Of a DNA stretch of 16,731 nucleotides, positions 8,282 through 16,607 are shown one piece after another. A program made the translations under genes and the position numbers. How positions within the stretch are numbered: the stretch's first letter is position 1; every line of letters begins with the position of its first letter. The stretch covers positions 1 to 16,731 of the forward strand of contig JBBRNJ010000129.1 in NCBI GenBank assembly GCA_038230375.1, read 5' to 3'. The notes under the pieces were generated by a model that was given only the letters and a program-made list of their open reading frames with translations, did no database searches and was not told the DNA's origin. The DNA is from Polyangiales bacterium (GTDB lineage: Bacteria; Myxococcota_A; Polyangia; Polyangiales; Polyangiaceae).

Positions 8282-8785
8282 ATGCGCGCCGCTTCGATTG
8301 CCTTCACCCTCTCTGGACTCATCGTCGCGGGCGCGTTCGTCGCGTGCGCAACCGGCGACGCTAGCCTCGGCGACGACACGGGCACCACCGTAGACACCGA
8401 CTCGGGCGCGGGCACGACACCCGTCGACGACGTCGATAGCGGCAACGGCGGATTCGTCGGTCCAAAGGATGGCGGCAACGTCGGAAAGAGGGACGGCAGC
8501 GTCGACGGCGGCGGAACCGACAGCGGCAGCGGCGGCGGAACCGACAGCGGCGGCGGCGGCGGGATGAACGATGACTGCGTTGGCACCCAGGGCATGCAGC
8601 TGAACAAGTCGTACTCGAGCGAGTGCACAAACCTCTCACTCAACTATGGGGTTTGCACGTCTGGCAATGGCGACTGCACGCAGGCAGCCATCGACAACAT
8701 GACGCCCGGCCCGCTCTGCTGCTTCACACCCAAGTCGCTTACCAGCTGCGACCTATTCTTCGGACCGTCGTGCGTTCCGAAGTGA
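8282..8785 (+). CDS. Hypothetical lipoprotein with Asp/Gly linker and Cys-rich C-terminal domain
   Basis: Lipobox FVA-C, DSG/DGG linker, and 8 Cys in the last ~70 aa. Confidence 0.78.
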   Translation: MRAASIAFTLSGLIVAGAFVACATGDASLGDDTGTTVDTDSGAGTTPVDDVDSGNGGFVGPKDGGNVGKRDGSVDGGGTDSGSGGGTDSGGGGGMNDDCVGTQGMQLNKSYSSECTNLSLNYGVCTSGNGDCTQAAIDNMTPGPLCCFTPKSLTSCDLFFGPSCVPK

Positions 8786-8838
8786 GCTGACCGCTGCGGC
8801 GGTGTCTCATGGCCGTCGGTTTGCCTGAGCGACCGGCA

Positions 8839-9510
8839 TCACGACGAAGCAGCTCTCCTGCGGTAGCGAAGGCGGTACACGGGTAGCCCGTCGGCGATTG
8901 CCCGATGCTCGCGCGGGCTCCGCGCACCGTACGGATTCTCAACGAGCTTCGGCGAGCCCGGCGTGTCGCCGTGGGGCTCGAAGGATGCGCTCGCGCCGAT
9001 CTGCGTGCTGTATTGCTCCGCGCGCTCCTCCACGTCGGTCTCCACGAAGAGCTCGCCGCCGGGACGAAGCAAGCGCGCGACCTCTTCGAGGAACGTGTCG
9101 CCCATCACGAGTCGCTTCTCGTGGCGCTTCTTCCACCAGGGGTCCGGGAAGAGCAGATACGCGCGCTCGAACACGCCCGCAGGTCCGAGCGTTCGCATCG
9201 CGAACTTCGCGTCCTCCGCGAACACGCGCGCGCGCGTGCCCAGGCCTGCCTTCGCGAGCCGCCGGTCGACGATGGTCGCCCACTTGCGACGTACCTCCAG
9301 GCCGATGAGCCCAAGGTCGGGATCCACGGCCGCGCGCTCGAACATGAATCCGCCGCGACCCGGACCGACCTCCAGCTCGAGCACCTTGCCGGTCACGAGC
9401 GTGTGAGGATCGAGGAGCTCGCCAGGCGCGACCTCGGGCAGGCGCGGGCAGTCGTCATAGGGTCGGGGCGGGCGCGGCTTGTTCGGATCGCGAGGAGTCT
9501 TGGAGCGCAC
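8839..9510 (-). CDS. trmB: tRNA (guanine-N7)-methyltransferase (start uncertain: GTG 9510 or ATG 9567)
   Basis: Motifs LEVGPGRG, GLEVR, EDA, FPDPWWKKRHEKR and ETD. Confidence 0.92.
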   Translation of the reverse strand: MRSKTPRDPNKPRPPRPYDDCPRLPEVAPGELLDPHTLVTGKVLELEVGPGRGGFMFERAAVDPDLGLIGLEVRRKWATIVDRRLAKAGLGTRARVFAEDAKFAMRTLGPAGVFERAYLLFPDPWWKKRHEKRLVMGDTFLEEVARLLRPGGELFVETDVEERAEQYSTQIGASASFEPHGDTPGSPKLVENPYGARSPREHRAIADGLPVYRLRYRRRAASS

Positions 9511-9557
9511 GGCGGCGCGCAGCCTAACCCCATTTCTGCTAGGAGTCGCACCTTCCG

Positions 9558-10628
9558 ATGTCTCCACAGGCAGAGAGCGAAAAGACCGTGCCCCCCGTCG
9601 CGCCTGACGCGACGACCGCGCCCGTGCCCGCCGCGCCGAAGAGCCGCGTGCGTGGCTATGTGATGCTCGGATTGAAGATCGTCGTCGCGACGGTGGCGCT
9701 CACGTGGCTGTCGCGCTCCAAGTCGCTCGACTTCGGCACGCTCAAGGTGCTGCTCGAGCGCCCGGCGCTGCTGGTGGCCGACCTGGCCGTCTGGGCGTTC
9801 GCGGGAATCTTCCTGACGTCCTTGCGCTGGCGCATCCTGCTCACGCTTGCGGACGCCCACCCGCCGTTCCTTCGCCTGCTCCGTTACCAGCTCATCGCGC
9901 TCTTCTTCAACGTCGTGGTACCCGGCAACATCGGCGGGGACGTGTTGAAGGCGTACTACGTGGCACGCGCAGAGGCGCCCGAGAAGAAGCCGACCATCTT
10001 GCTGCTTGTCCTCGTCGATCGCCTGGTCGGCCTTGCCGGGCTCATCGGCATCGCGACGGTCGCCGTGGCGCTGCACGGGGATGTGCTCGCGAGCGACCCG
10101 CGCACCAGGCCGCTGGTCTTCACGGTGCTGCTGCTTGCGCTGGGTGCTTTCGGCGGGCCGATCGTGCTCTCCCTGCTCATGCGACTCGCGGGGAAGCGGC
10201 TCGACCGTCTGAGCTCCGGCCCCGGCAAGCTGGCGCAGCTGCTCGGTCAGCTCACGAAGAGTGTGCGGCTCGTGTCACGTCGCCCTCTCACGCTGCTGGC
10301 CGCGGTTGTGGTCTCGATGGGCATCCACGGCTCTGCGTTCGCGCTGTTCGCCACGTTCACCGCACAGATCAACGGCTCCGCGCCCGACTACGGCGCGCTC
10401 GCGACCATCTTTCCGATCGGCATGCTGTCACTCATCCTGCCGATCTCGCCTGCGGGCATGGGCGTGGGACACGTGGCCTTCGCGGAGCTCTTCAAGCTGA
10501 TCGGCGTCGCGAACGGCGCCACCATCTTCAACGTGTACCTCGTTGGTCAGATCGCTCCGGCGATGCTGGGCTCCATCCCGTACGTCCTGGAGAAGCGCAC
10601 GATGCCGGCGCCCGAAAACGCGGAGTGA
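9558..10628 (+). CDS. Lysylphosphatidylglycerol synthase TM / UPF0104 flippase-like membrane protein
   Basis: Motifs LRWRILL, FFNVVVPGNIGGDVLKAYY, DRLVGL and LPISPAGMGV. AGGAG lies upstream. Confidence 0.9.
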   Translation: MSPQAESEKTVPPVAPDATTAPVPAAPKSRVRGYVMLGLKIVVATVALTWLSRSKSLDFGTLKVLLERPALLVADLAVWAFAGIFLTSLRWRILLTLADAHPPFLRLLRYQLIALFFNVVVPGNIGGDVLKAYYVARAEAPEKKPTILLLVLVDRLVGLAGLIGIATVAVALHGDVLASDPRTRPLVFTVLLLALGAFGGPIVLSLLMRLAGKRLDRLSSGPGKLAQLLGQLTKSVRLVSRRPLTLLAAVVVSMGIHGSAFALFATFTAQINGSAPDYGALATIFPIGMLSLILPISPAGMGVGHVAFAELFKLIGVANGATIFNVYLVGQIAPAMLGSIPYVLEKRTMPAPENAE

Positions 10629-12241
10629 AAGTCTTGAACTTTCTCGGAAGGGTCGCGAAGGCGCCGTTCTGGCAACGCTATCCGCTGCCCTTCGCGCTCG
10701 CGTTCGCGATCTGCGCCGCCTTCACGATACATGCACATTACACGTATCCGTTCTGGCCGGGACAGGACGACAACTACGACAAGTATTGCTCGATGGTGGT
10801 TGCGCGCATGGGGTCGGACCCGGCGATCGGCGCCCTCTACCAGCCCATGCAGCTGTGGCACTCGCAGACGCTGCTCTACTTCCTGTCCGGCACGCTGGGC
10901 CACGTCATGGAGCCCGTCAGCGCGATGCGCGTGGTCTACGTGTGCTTCGCGTTCCTGGGCACCCCGCTCGTCACCGCATGGATCCTGGTGCAGGAGAAGC
11001 GGTCGCCGTGGGGCGCGCTGCTCGCCTTCCCGCTCGCGTACGGACGGATGTGGTCGTTCGGGTTCCTGAAGTTCTCCGCGGCGGCGCCGTTCTTCTTGCT
11101 GACGCTCTTCACGTTCGCGGCGCTCTTCCGCGCGCCGCGGCCCTCGTGGAAGCATGGTCTCGCCTACGCGGTGGCCGTATGGCTGCTGTGGACCAGCCAC
11201 ACGCAGGTGTTCGCGCTCACGGGCGTGCTGCTCGCGATTGCGTGGTGTGGGTTCCTGGTGCTTCGCATGGTCGACTGGCTTGCCGTCTCGCCCGTGAAGA
11301 CCGCGCCGCGCGTCTTCGCGTTGCAGACCTTGATCGGCGCCGTGGCGTCGGCGCCCGTGCTCGCGGCGTTCTACGGGTGGTACCTGGAGACGCAGTCGCG
11401 CCTGGGTGGCCTGTCGCAGTCCAGCGGCTGGAAGGATGGCATGTACGGCACGCTGGACGAAAAGTTCAGGGCCATGCTCCTCCTGGTCCAGGTCACCAAG
11501 CTGGATGTGGAGCAGCTTCAGACGGTGTACCTGATCGGCCTCGCGCTGGCCTGCGTGGCGCTCCGGAAGCTGGGCTCGCGCGACCGGGGCGCCCTCCCGG
11601 AGGTGTTCTTCGCCGCCACCGCGTTCTCCTACTTCCTGTTGCCGCGCGAGATCGGAGCGAGCACGGGGGCCCAGCTCGTGGCGCCGCGCCACATAGACAT
11701 CGCGCTATGGCTCCTCCCGCTGCTGGTGACGCCCGCGCTGTTCGCGCGCCACAAGCTCGCGTCGCTCGCTGGCGTCTACCTCATTGTTCGGTTCACGTTC
11801 ATGCGCCTCACATTGCTCTTCGGGGCGCTCGCGTCGCTGAACACGGAGGACCTGAAGGGCCTGGACCAGATCGTGGCCCAGGCGCCGGACGGACATCTAC
11901 GCATCACGCAGGTCACGTTCGGCGAGCAGTCGTCCAAGGAGTGGTTCGCGTTCACGTTCGAGCAGAACTATGCGTACGTGGCCGCGCGCAAGGGCTACGA
12001 GGCACCCGTGTATGATACACGCGTCCGCGCCATGGAGGTCCGCTACAAGGACGCCCCGCCTTCGCCGCCCACCATCATGATCAACGACGCGAACTGGTGG
12101 AAGCGCTCCGACGTGCTCCAGAACTTCGACCTGGTGCTGACGTTCCGCTTCCATCCGACCACGGAGACGCGGGTTGAGATGGACCCGACGTTCCACAGCG
12201 TGGGACGGGCTGCTGAGTGGGAGCTGTGGCAGCGGAAGTAG
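10625..12241 (+). CDS. Polytopic membrane protein, possible GT-C fold glycosyltransferase
   Basis: GTGA overlap with the upstream gene. About 11-12 TM segments, an acidic first loop (PGQDD) and a soluble C-terminal domain. Function is inferred from architecture only. Confidence 0.7.
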   Translation: MKVLNFLGRVAKAPFWQRYPLPFALAFAICAAFTIHAHYTYPFWPGQDDNYDKYCSMVVARMGSDPAIGALYQPMQLWHSQTLLYFLSGTLGHVMEPVSAMRVVYVCFAFLGTPLVTAWILVQEKRSPWGALLAFPLAYGRMWSFGFLKFSAAAPFFLLTLFTFAALFRAPRPSWKHGLAYAVAVWLLWTSHTQVFALTGVLLAIAWCGFLVLRMVDWLAVSPVKTAPRVFALQTLIGAVASAPVLAAFYGWYLETQSRLGGLSQSSGWKDGMYGTLDEKFRAMLLLVQVTKLDVEQLQTVYLIGLALACVALRKLGSRDRGALPEVFFAATAFSYFLLPREIGASTGAQLVAPRHIDIALWLLPLLVTPALFARHKLASLAGVYLIVRFTFMRLTLLFGALASLNTEDLKGLDQIVAQAPDGHLRITQVTFGEQSSKEWFAFTFEQNYAYVAARKGYEAPVYDTRVRAMEVRYKDAPPSPPTIMINDANWWKRSDVLQNFDLVLTFRFHPTTETRVEMDPTFHSVGRAAEWELWQRK

Positions 12242-12249
12242 CGGCCTCT

Positions 12250-12277
12250 GGGCCTGCTTTCACGAGGCCCGTCTTCG
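12250..12277 (+). terminator. Possible weak hairpin terminator
   Basis: GGGCCT-9nt-AGGCCC just after the stop codon, with only a poor U-tract (GTCTTCG). Confidence 0.25.
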
Positions 12278-12293
12278 TGATAGACCCCTGCGC

Positions 12294-13346
12294 GTGAGCA
12301 CTGCAAAGAAAGTCAAAGTCGTCCTGGTCGGCATGGGCCGCATGGGCAAGAACCACCTGCGCGTCATCCGTGAGAACACGAGCTTCGAGCTCGTGGCGGT
12401 GGTCGACAGCGACGCCCCCCTTTCGGACATCGGGGCGGCCAAGCGGCTCAAGTCACTGGACGAGCTCGCGGGCCTGGACTTCGAGTGCGCCGTCATCGCA
12501 ACGCCTACCGGCAGCCACTACGAAGTCGCGATGAAGCTGATGGAGATGGGCAAGCACCTCCTCGTCGAGAAGCCCATCACCAGCACCTCTGCAGACGGCC
12601 GCGACCTGATCGCGATGGCGCACAAGAAGAGCCTGAAGATGGCCGTCGGCCATGTGGAGCGCTTCAACCCAGCGGTCCGCAAGCTGCGCGAGGTCATCAA
12701 GGCCGGCTGGCTGGGCACGCCCATCCACTTTTCATGCACGCGCGTCGGCGGGTATCCGCAGACTGTCACCAACGGCAACAACGTCCTCCTGGACCTGGCC
12801 GTGCACGACGTGGACGTCCTGCGCTCCATGATGGGACCGCTCCGCATGGACTCGACAGTGAGCCACGCCACGGTCAACCCGGAGGTCACGGACACCGCCG
12901 AGATCCTCCTCCACGCAGCGAACAACATGAGCGCAACGGTCCACGTGAACTGGATCACGCCGTCGAAGATCCGCAGCATCCGCGTCACGGGCACGCGCGG
13001 TGTCTGCTTCGTGGACTACATTCTGCAGAGCTGCGAGCTGTTCGGCGGCAATCTCTCCAGCCTGCCCACGTTCGGCGGTGACTCCAGCTTCGAGACCCTG
13101 CAGGCGCTCTACAAGACCACCGACCGCGTCGAGTTCGGCGTCCTCAAGGAGGAGCCGCTCAAGGTGCAGCTGCAACAGTTCCACACGCTGATCACCACCG
13201 GCGAATCCGGCGAGCTCTGTCTTGGGCGCGACGCACTCGCGGCCGTCATGCTGGTGGAGCGCGCATGGAAGAACGGCGCTGACAAGGCGAAGCCGGGCAA
13301 GCCCAGCGAGACAGAGCTCCCGGGCGACTCTGATTTGTGGGTCTGA
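12294..13346 (+). CDS. Gfo/Idh/MocA family oxidoreductase (WlbA/WbpB-like NDP-sugar dehydrogenase)
   Basis: Rossmann motif GMGRMGKNH, plus ATPT..H, LVEKP, VGHVERFNPAV, DLAVHD and EEPLK. Confidence 0.92.
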   Translation: MSTAKKVKVVLVGMGRMGKNHLRVIRENTSFELVAVVDSDAPLSDIGAAKRLKSLDELAGLDFECAVIATPTGSHYEVAMKLMEMGKHLLVEKPITSTSADGRDLIAMAHKKSLKMAVGHVERFNPAVRKLREVIKAGWLGTPIHFSCTRVGGYPQTVTNGNNVLLDLAVHDVDVLRSMMGPLRMDSTVSHATVNPEVTDTAEILLHAANNMSATVHVNWITPSKIRSIRVTGTRGVCFVDYILQSCELFGGNLSSLPTFGGDSSFETLQALYKTTDRVEFGVLKEEPLKVQLQQFHTLITTGESGELCLGRDALAAVMLVERAWKNGADKAKPGKPSETELPGDSDLWV

Positions 13347-13364
13347 GCCGGACGTAGCGTCCCT

Positions 13365-14894
13365 ATGACCTGGCGACAGATTACCGAGCGAGTGGTGGCC
13401 GCGCTCCCGTGGACGCGCGTGCTGCGGCTCTGCCTCCTGTTCGGCATCTTGTGGGGCGTCGTGAGCTGGCAGCAGGGCTTCCTGGACCCCGCGTCCAAGG
13501 TAGATGCAAACTACACGGTTACTGCTTCGACCGGCATCAACCGGGAGCAGAAGTTCTTCTTCTTCCTCTACCACCTGAACCTCTTTCCCGTTGCCACGGA
13601 CGTCCCCACCACGGTGGACACCGCGGACGAGGCGAAGCGGCTCATGCGCGATCAGCCAGCGATGCTCCGCCAGGACGAGGGCTCCACGTTCCGCGAGGGA
13701 GATCGCGGCCGCATCTACCTCTATTTCGTGGACGCGTGGCTCCACAAGAATGCGCTCACGCCAAGCCTGAAGCCTGCGCACTGCCTCGCCTTCACGCTGG
13801 CGTTGTGCGCGCTGCTCACGTCATTCTGGTATGTGCGCCGGACCTTCGCGGGCCTGTTCCTGGTGTTGCTCGTGGGCTCCAGTCCGTTCCAGCTCTTCAC
13901 GGTCTACAAGCAGGACAACGTGTTCTCCTGGGCGGTGACCACGTTGGTCGTCGTGCTCGCCATCAACGTGCCCTTGCTCGAGAAGCGAAAGCTCTGGAGG
14001 TGGTACCCGTGGATCGCTGCCGCGCTGAGTGGCTTCCTCGTGGCGTTCGTCCGCAACTTCCGTTCGGAGCCCACGGTGGTGCTGTTCGGCGCGGTGCTCA
14101 TCTACGCCACCGCCACGTGGCTCACGAAGCGAACGCGCGCCGGGCTCGTGCTCGTGATGCTCGTCACGATGTGGGTCTCGTCAAGGGCCGGCACCGCGTT
14201 CACGGATGGGAAGCTAGAGCAGTCGAAGGCGGCGGTCGCGACGGTCGGCGGTGTGCCGTACTCCGGCCCCGTTCGTCACTTTCATACGTTCTGGCACGCC
14301 ATCTTCTGCGGCCTGGGCGATTTCGACACCAAGTACGGATACGTCTGGGACGACCGCGTGGCCTACCGCGCCACGTACGTGGAGCTGCAGAGGAGGAACC
14401 CCGACCTGAGCCTGGATCCCACAAGGTGGCTCACGGGGCGCAGCTACGATCTACAGGGGAAGTACCCCATCTTCTACGGTGAGACCCCGTTCTATGAAGA
14501 GGTGGTGCGCGACCACGTCGTCGCGGACATCAAGAAGGATCCAAAGTGGTACCTGGGCATCATCCGTGATCGCGTGATGCGCGTGATGACGACGCCAGTG
14601 CCCGTGGGCTTCGCGACGAAGACCGACCAGTACTACCTCTCCGGGCCCATGCTGACGTTTGCCTGCATCCCGCTTCTCATCTTCCTTGGCATCTCGCGCC
14701 GCTGGGCGCACCTCAAGATCTTCGCGTTCTCCGTGCCGCTCTCCATCGCGCCCATCGCCGTCTACTCCGGGATGGGCATGACCAACTACAGCTGCTTCCA
14801 CCTCTTTGGCGTCTTTCTCTGGGGCCTCGTTGCGTGGGAGGGGATGCGTGCAATGTACGCGCGCCGGAGACGGACGCTGGGTACGTTGCGCTGA
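13365..14894 (+). CDS. Polytopic membrane protein with large extracytoplasmic loops (possible GT-C-like)
   Basis: 509-aa ORF with about 10 hydrophobic segments and a loop containing HTFWH..CGLGD..Y.WDD. Confidence 0.72.
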   Translation: MTWRQITERVVAALPWTRVLRLCLLFGILWGVVSWQQGFLDPASKVDANYTVTASTGINREQKFFFFLYHLNLFPVATDVPTTVDTADEAKRLMRDQPAMLRQDEGSTFREGDRGRIYLYFVDAWLHKNALTPSLKPAHCLAFTLALCALLTSFWYVRRTFAGLFLVLLVGSSPFQLFTVYKQDNVFSWAVTTLVVVLAINVPLLEKRKLWRWYPWIAAALSGFLVAFVRNFRSEPTVVLFGAVLIYATATWLTKRTRAGLVLVMLVTMWVSSRAGTAFTDGKLEQSKAAVATVGGVPYSGPVRHFHTFWHAIFCGLGDFDTKYGYVWDDRVAYRATYVELQRRNPDLSLDPTRWLTGRSYDLQGKYPIFYGETPFYEEVVRDHVVADIKKDPKWYLGIIRDRVMRVMTTPVPVGFATKTDQYYLSGPMLTFACIPLLIFLGISRRWAHLKIFAFSVPLSIAPIAVYSGMGMTNYSCFHLFGVFLWGLVAWEGMRAMYARRRRTLGTLR

Positions 14895-14978
14895 CGACGC
14901 CTCTGGACAGCGCGCCGACGCGATGACGAATCAGCGAAAAGAGGTGACGAAATCTCATCACCGGCACAAGCTGTAGGT

Positions 14979-16298
14979 ATGAGCCGGCTTCCAGCGTGCT
15001 TCCTTGGTCTGGCTGCCGGTGTGATCGCCACACTGGCGCTCGTGGCCACGGGGTGCTCGGAGCACGGCTCGGTGTCACCAGCGGCGGCGGCGATCCCCGC
15101 CCCGACTGCGGACTCCGACGGCGGTGCTGCGCAAGCTCCTGACGCCAGTGGTCCACACGCGGTGACGTATGCGGACATCGCTCCGCTGATCGCTGCCAAC
15201 TGCCTTGCTTGCCATGATCACGGCGGCGCGGCCCCGTATCCTCTCACCACGTTCGCAGAGGTGGCGCCCATGAGCGGGGCCATCGCTTCGGCCGTGAGCT
15301 CCCACCTCATGCCGCCGTGGCTGCCCGCGCGCGACTGCCAGACGTTTCGCGACGCACGCGTGCTGACGGATTCGCAGATCGCGATGTTCAGCGCGTGGTC
15401 CGCCGCGGGCGCGCCGCAGGGAACGCCGTTTGATCCGGCCACGATGCCGGCGAAGGTCCCGCCAACACTGCAGTGGACGGACCAGACTGTCGACATTGGT
15501 GCGGACTACGCGCCAACGGGCGCGCAGGGCCCGGCGGATGACTGGCGCTGCTTCGTGCTCGATCCCATGACGACCGAGGACAAGATCGTCGTCGGCTACG
15601 ATCTGGAGCCCACGTTTCGCGGACAGGTGCACCATGCAGGCTTCCTGCAGGGCCCCGTGGCCGCCGCGCGCGCAAGGGACGCAGCGGATCCGGGGCCCGG
15701 CTGGTCATGTCCGGGAAATGTGGACACGCCCACGTCGAATCTCATCGGCAGCTGGGCCTCTGGATACGGCGCCGTGTCGTATCCCGCGGGCACCGGCATG
15801 GCGCTCGGCAAGGGACAAGGGCTCATCCTGCAGATTCACTATCACGTGCACGACCTCACCAAACCGCCGGTGCTGGATCGGACGCGCATTTCCTTGCAGT
15901 ATGCACGCAGTTCCACGGTGGAGGCTTCGTTCCTTTCGCTGGGCGTCTCTGGAATCAATCTCCCGCCGTACTCCAAAGGCAACGTGCTCACGCAGCAGAT
16001 CACCCTGCCGACTGACACCGTCATACGGGGCGGCGTAGGTCACATGCATCTCTTCGGGCAGAAGATCCACGTGGAGGCCGCCCCGCCCGCTGCGGGCTCC
16101 AGTTGCCTCTTCGACGTTCCGCGCTGGGACTACCGATGGGAGGAGCTGGTCTTCATGCAGCCACCGCCGCTGCTTCCTGCGGGGACCACGCTCACGCTCA
16201 CCTGCACGTGGGACAATCCGACGGACACACCAGTCGTAGATGGGCTCACGCTGACCGGCGAGATGTGCGATCTGGGCTTCATCACGACTCCGCCGTGA
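14979..16298 (+). CDS. Lipoprotein: c-type heme motif fused to copper type II (PHM/DBH-like) monooxygenase domains
   Basis: Lipobox ATG-C and CLACH (15201-15215) followed by MPPW. Copper ligand motifs are VHH (15630-35), QIHY, HMH (16041-49) and EMC. Confidence 0.85.
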   Translation: MSRLPACFLGLAAGVIATLALVATGCSEHGSVSPAAAAIPAPTADSDGGAAQAPDASGPHAVTYADIAPLIAANCLACHDHGGAAPYPLTTFAEVAPMSGAIASAVSSHLMPPWLPARDCQTFRDARVLTDSQIAMFSAWSAAGAPQGTPFDPATMPAKVPPTLQWTDQTVDIGADYAPTGAQGPADDWRCFVLDPMTTEDKIVVGYDLEPTFRGQVHHAGFLQGPVAAARARDAADPGPGWSCPGNVDTPTSNLIGSWASGYGAVSYPAGTGMALGKGQGLILQIHYHVHDLTKPPVLDRTRISLQYARSSTVEASFLSLGVSGINLPPYSKGNVLTQQITLPTDTVIRGGVGHMHLFGQKIHVEAAPPAAGSSCLFDVPRWDYRWEELVFMQPPPLLPAGTTLTLTCTWDNPTDTPVVDGLTLTGEMCDLGFITTPP

Positions 16299-16382
16299 CA
16301 TGCCGCCTGTCGCCATGAAGTGAATGTGGCGGCGCGTGGAATTAGGTGACAAGAACGGGTTGTCGCGCACAATTGAGGTTTG

Positions 16383-16607
16383 ATGAACTGTCGTCGCGGA
16401 CCGTGGAAGCACCTCGTAGGCGGATTCGTCGTCGCTCTCGCGTTTGCCGCGAGCGCGTCGCTCGATGCGTGCTCGACAACTGACACGAATGGTAGCGTTC
16501 GACCTGACGATGGCGCCCCAGGACCGGAGGCAATCACTGCGGGCGTCCGCTTCGAGCACATCCCGTGCGCGAAGGTGGACCTCCTGAAGAAGGCCATCGG
16601 CAGCTGA
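16383..16607 (+). CDS. Short lipoprotein-like ORF, possibly a truncated gene
   Basis: GAGG upstream and a hydrophobic signal ending LDA-C. It is only 74 aa, and its stop TGA overlaps the first two bases of the tandem array. Confidence 0.4.
   Translation: MNCRRGPWKHLVGGFVVALAFAASASLDACSTTDTNGSVRPDDGAPGPEAITAGVRFEHIPCAKVDLLKKAIGS

Noticed and set aside
9511..9567. Head-to-head overlap of trmB and flippase starts
   Set aside because: It disappears if trmB starts at GTG 9510, and the extra N-terminal residues contain no TrmB motif.
9704..10624. N-terminal extension making an 845-aa protein (or a frameshift fusion)
   Set aside because: It is an Arg/Ala-rich out-of-frame read of the flippase gene. 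The GTGA overlap at 10625 gives a normal coupled start.
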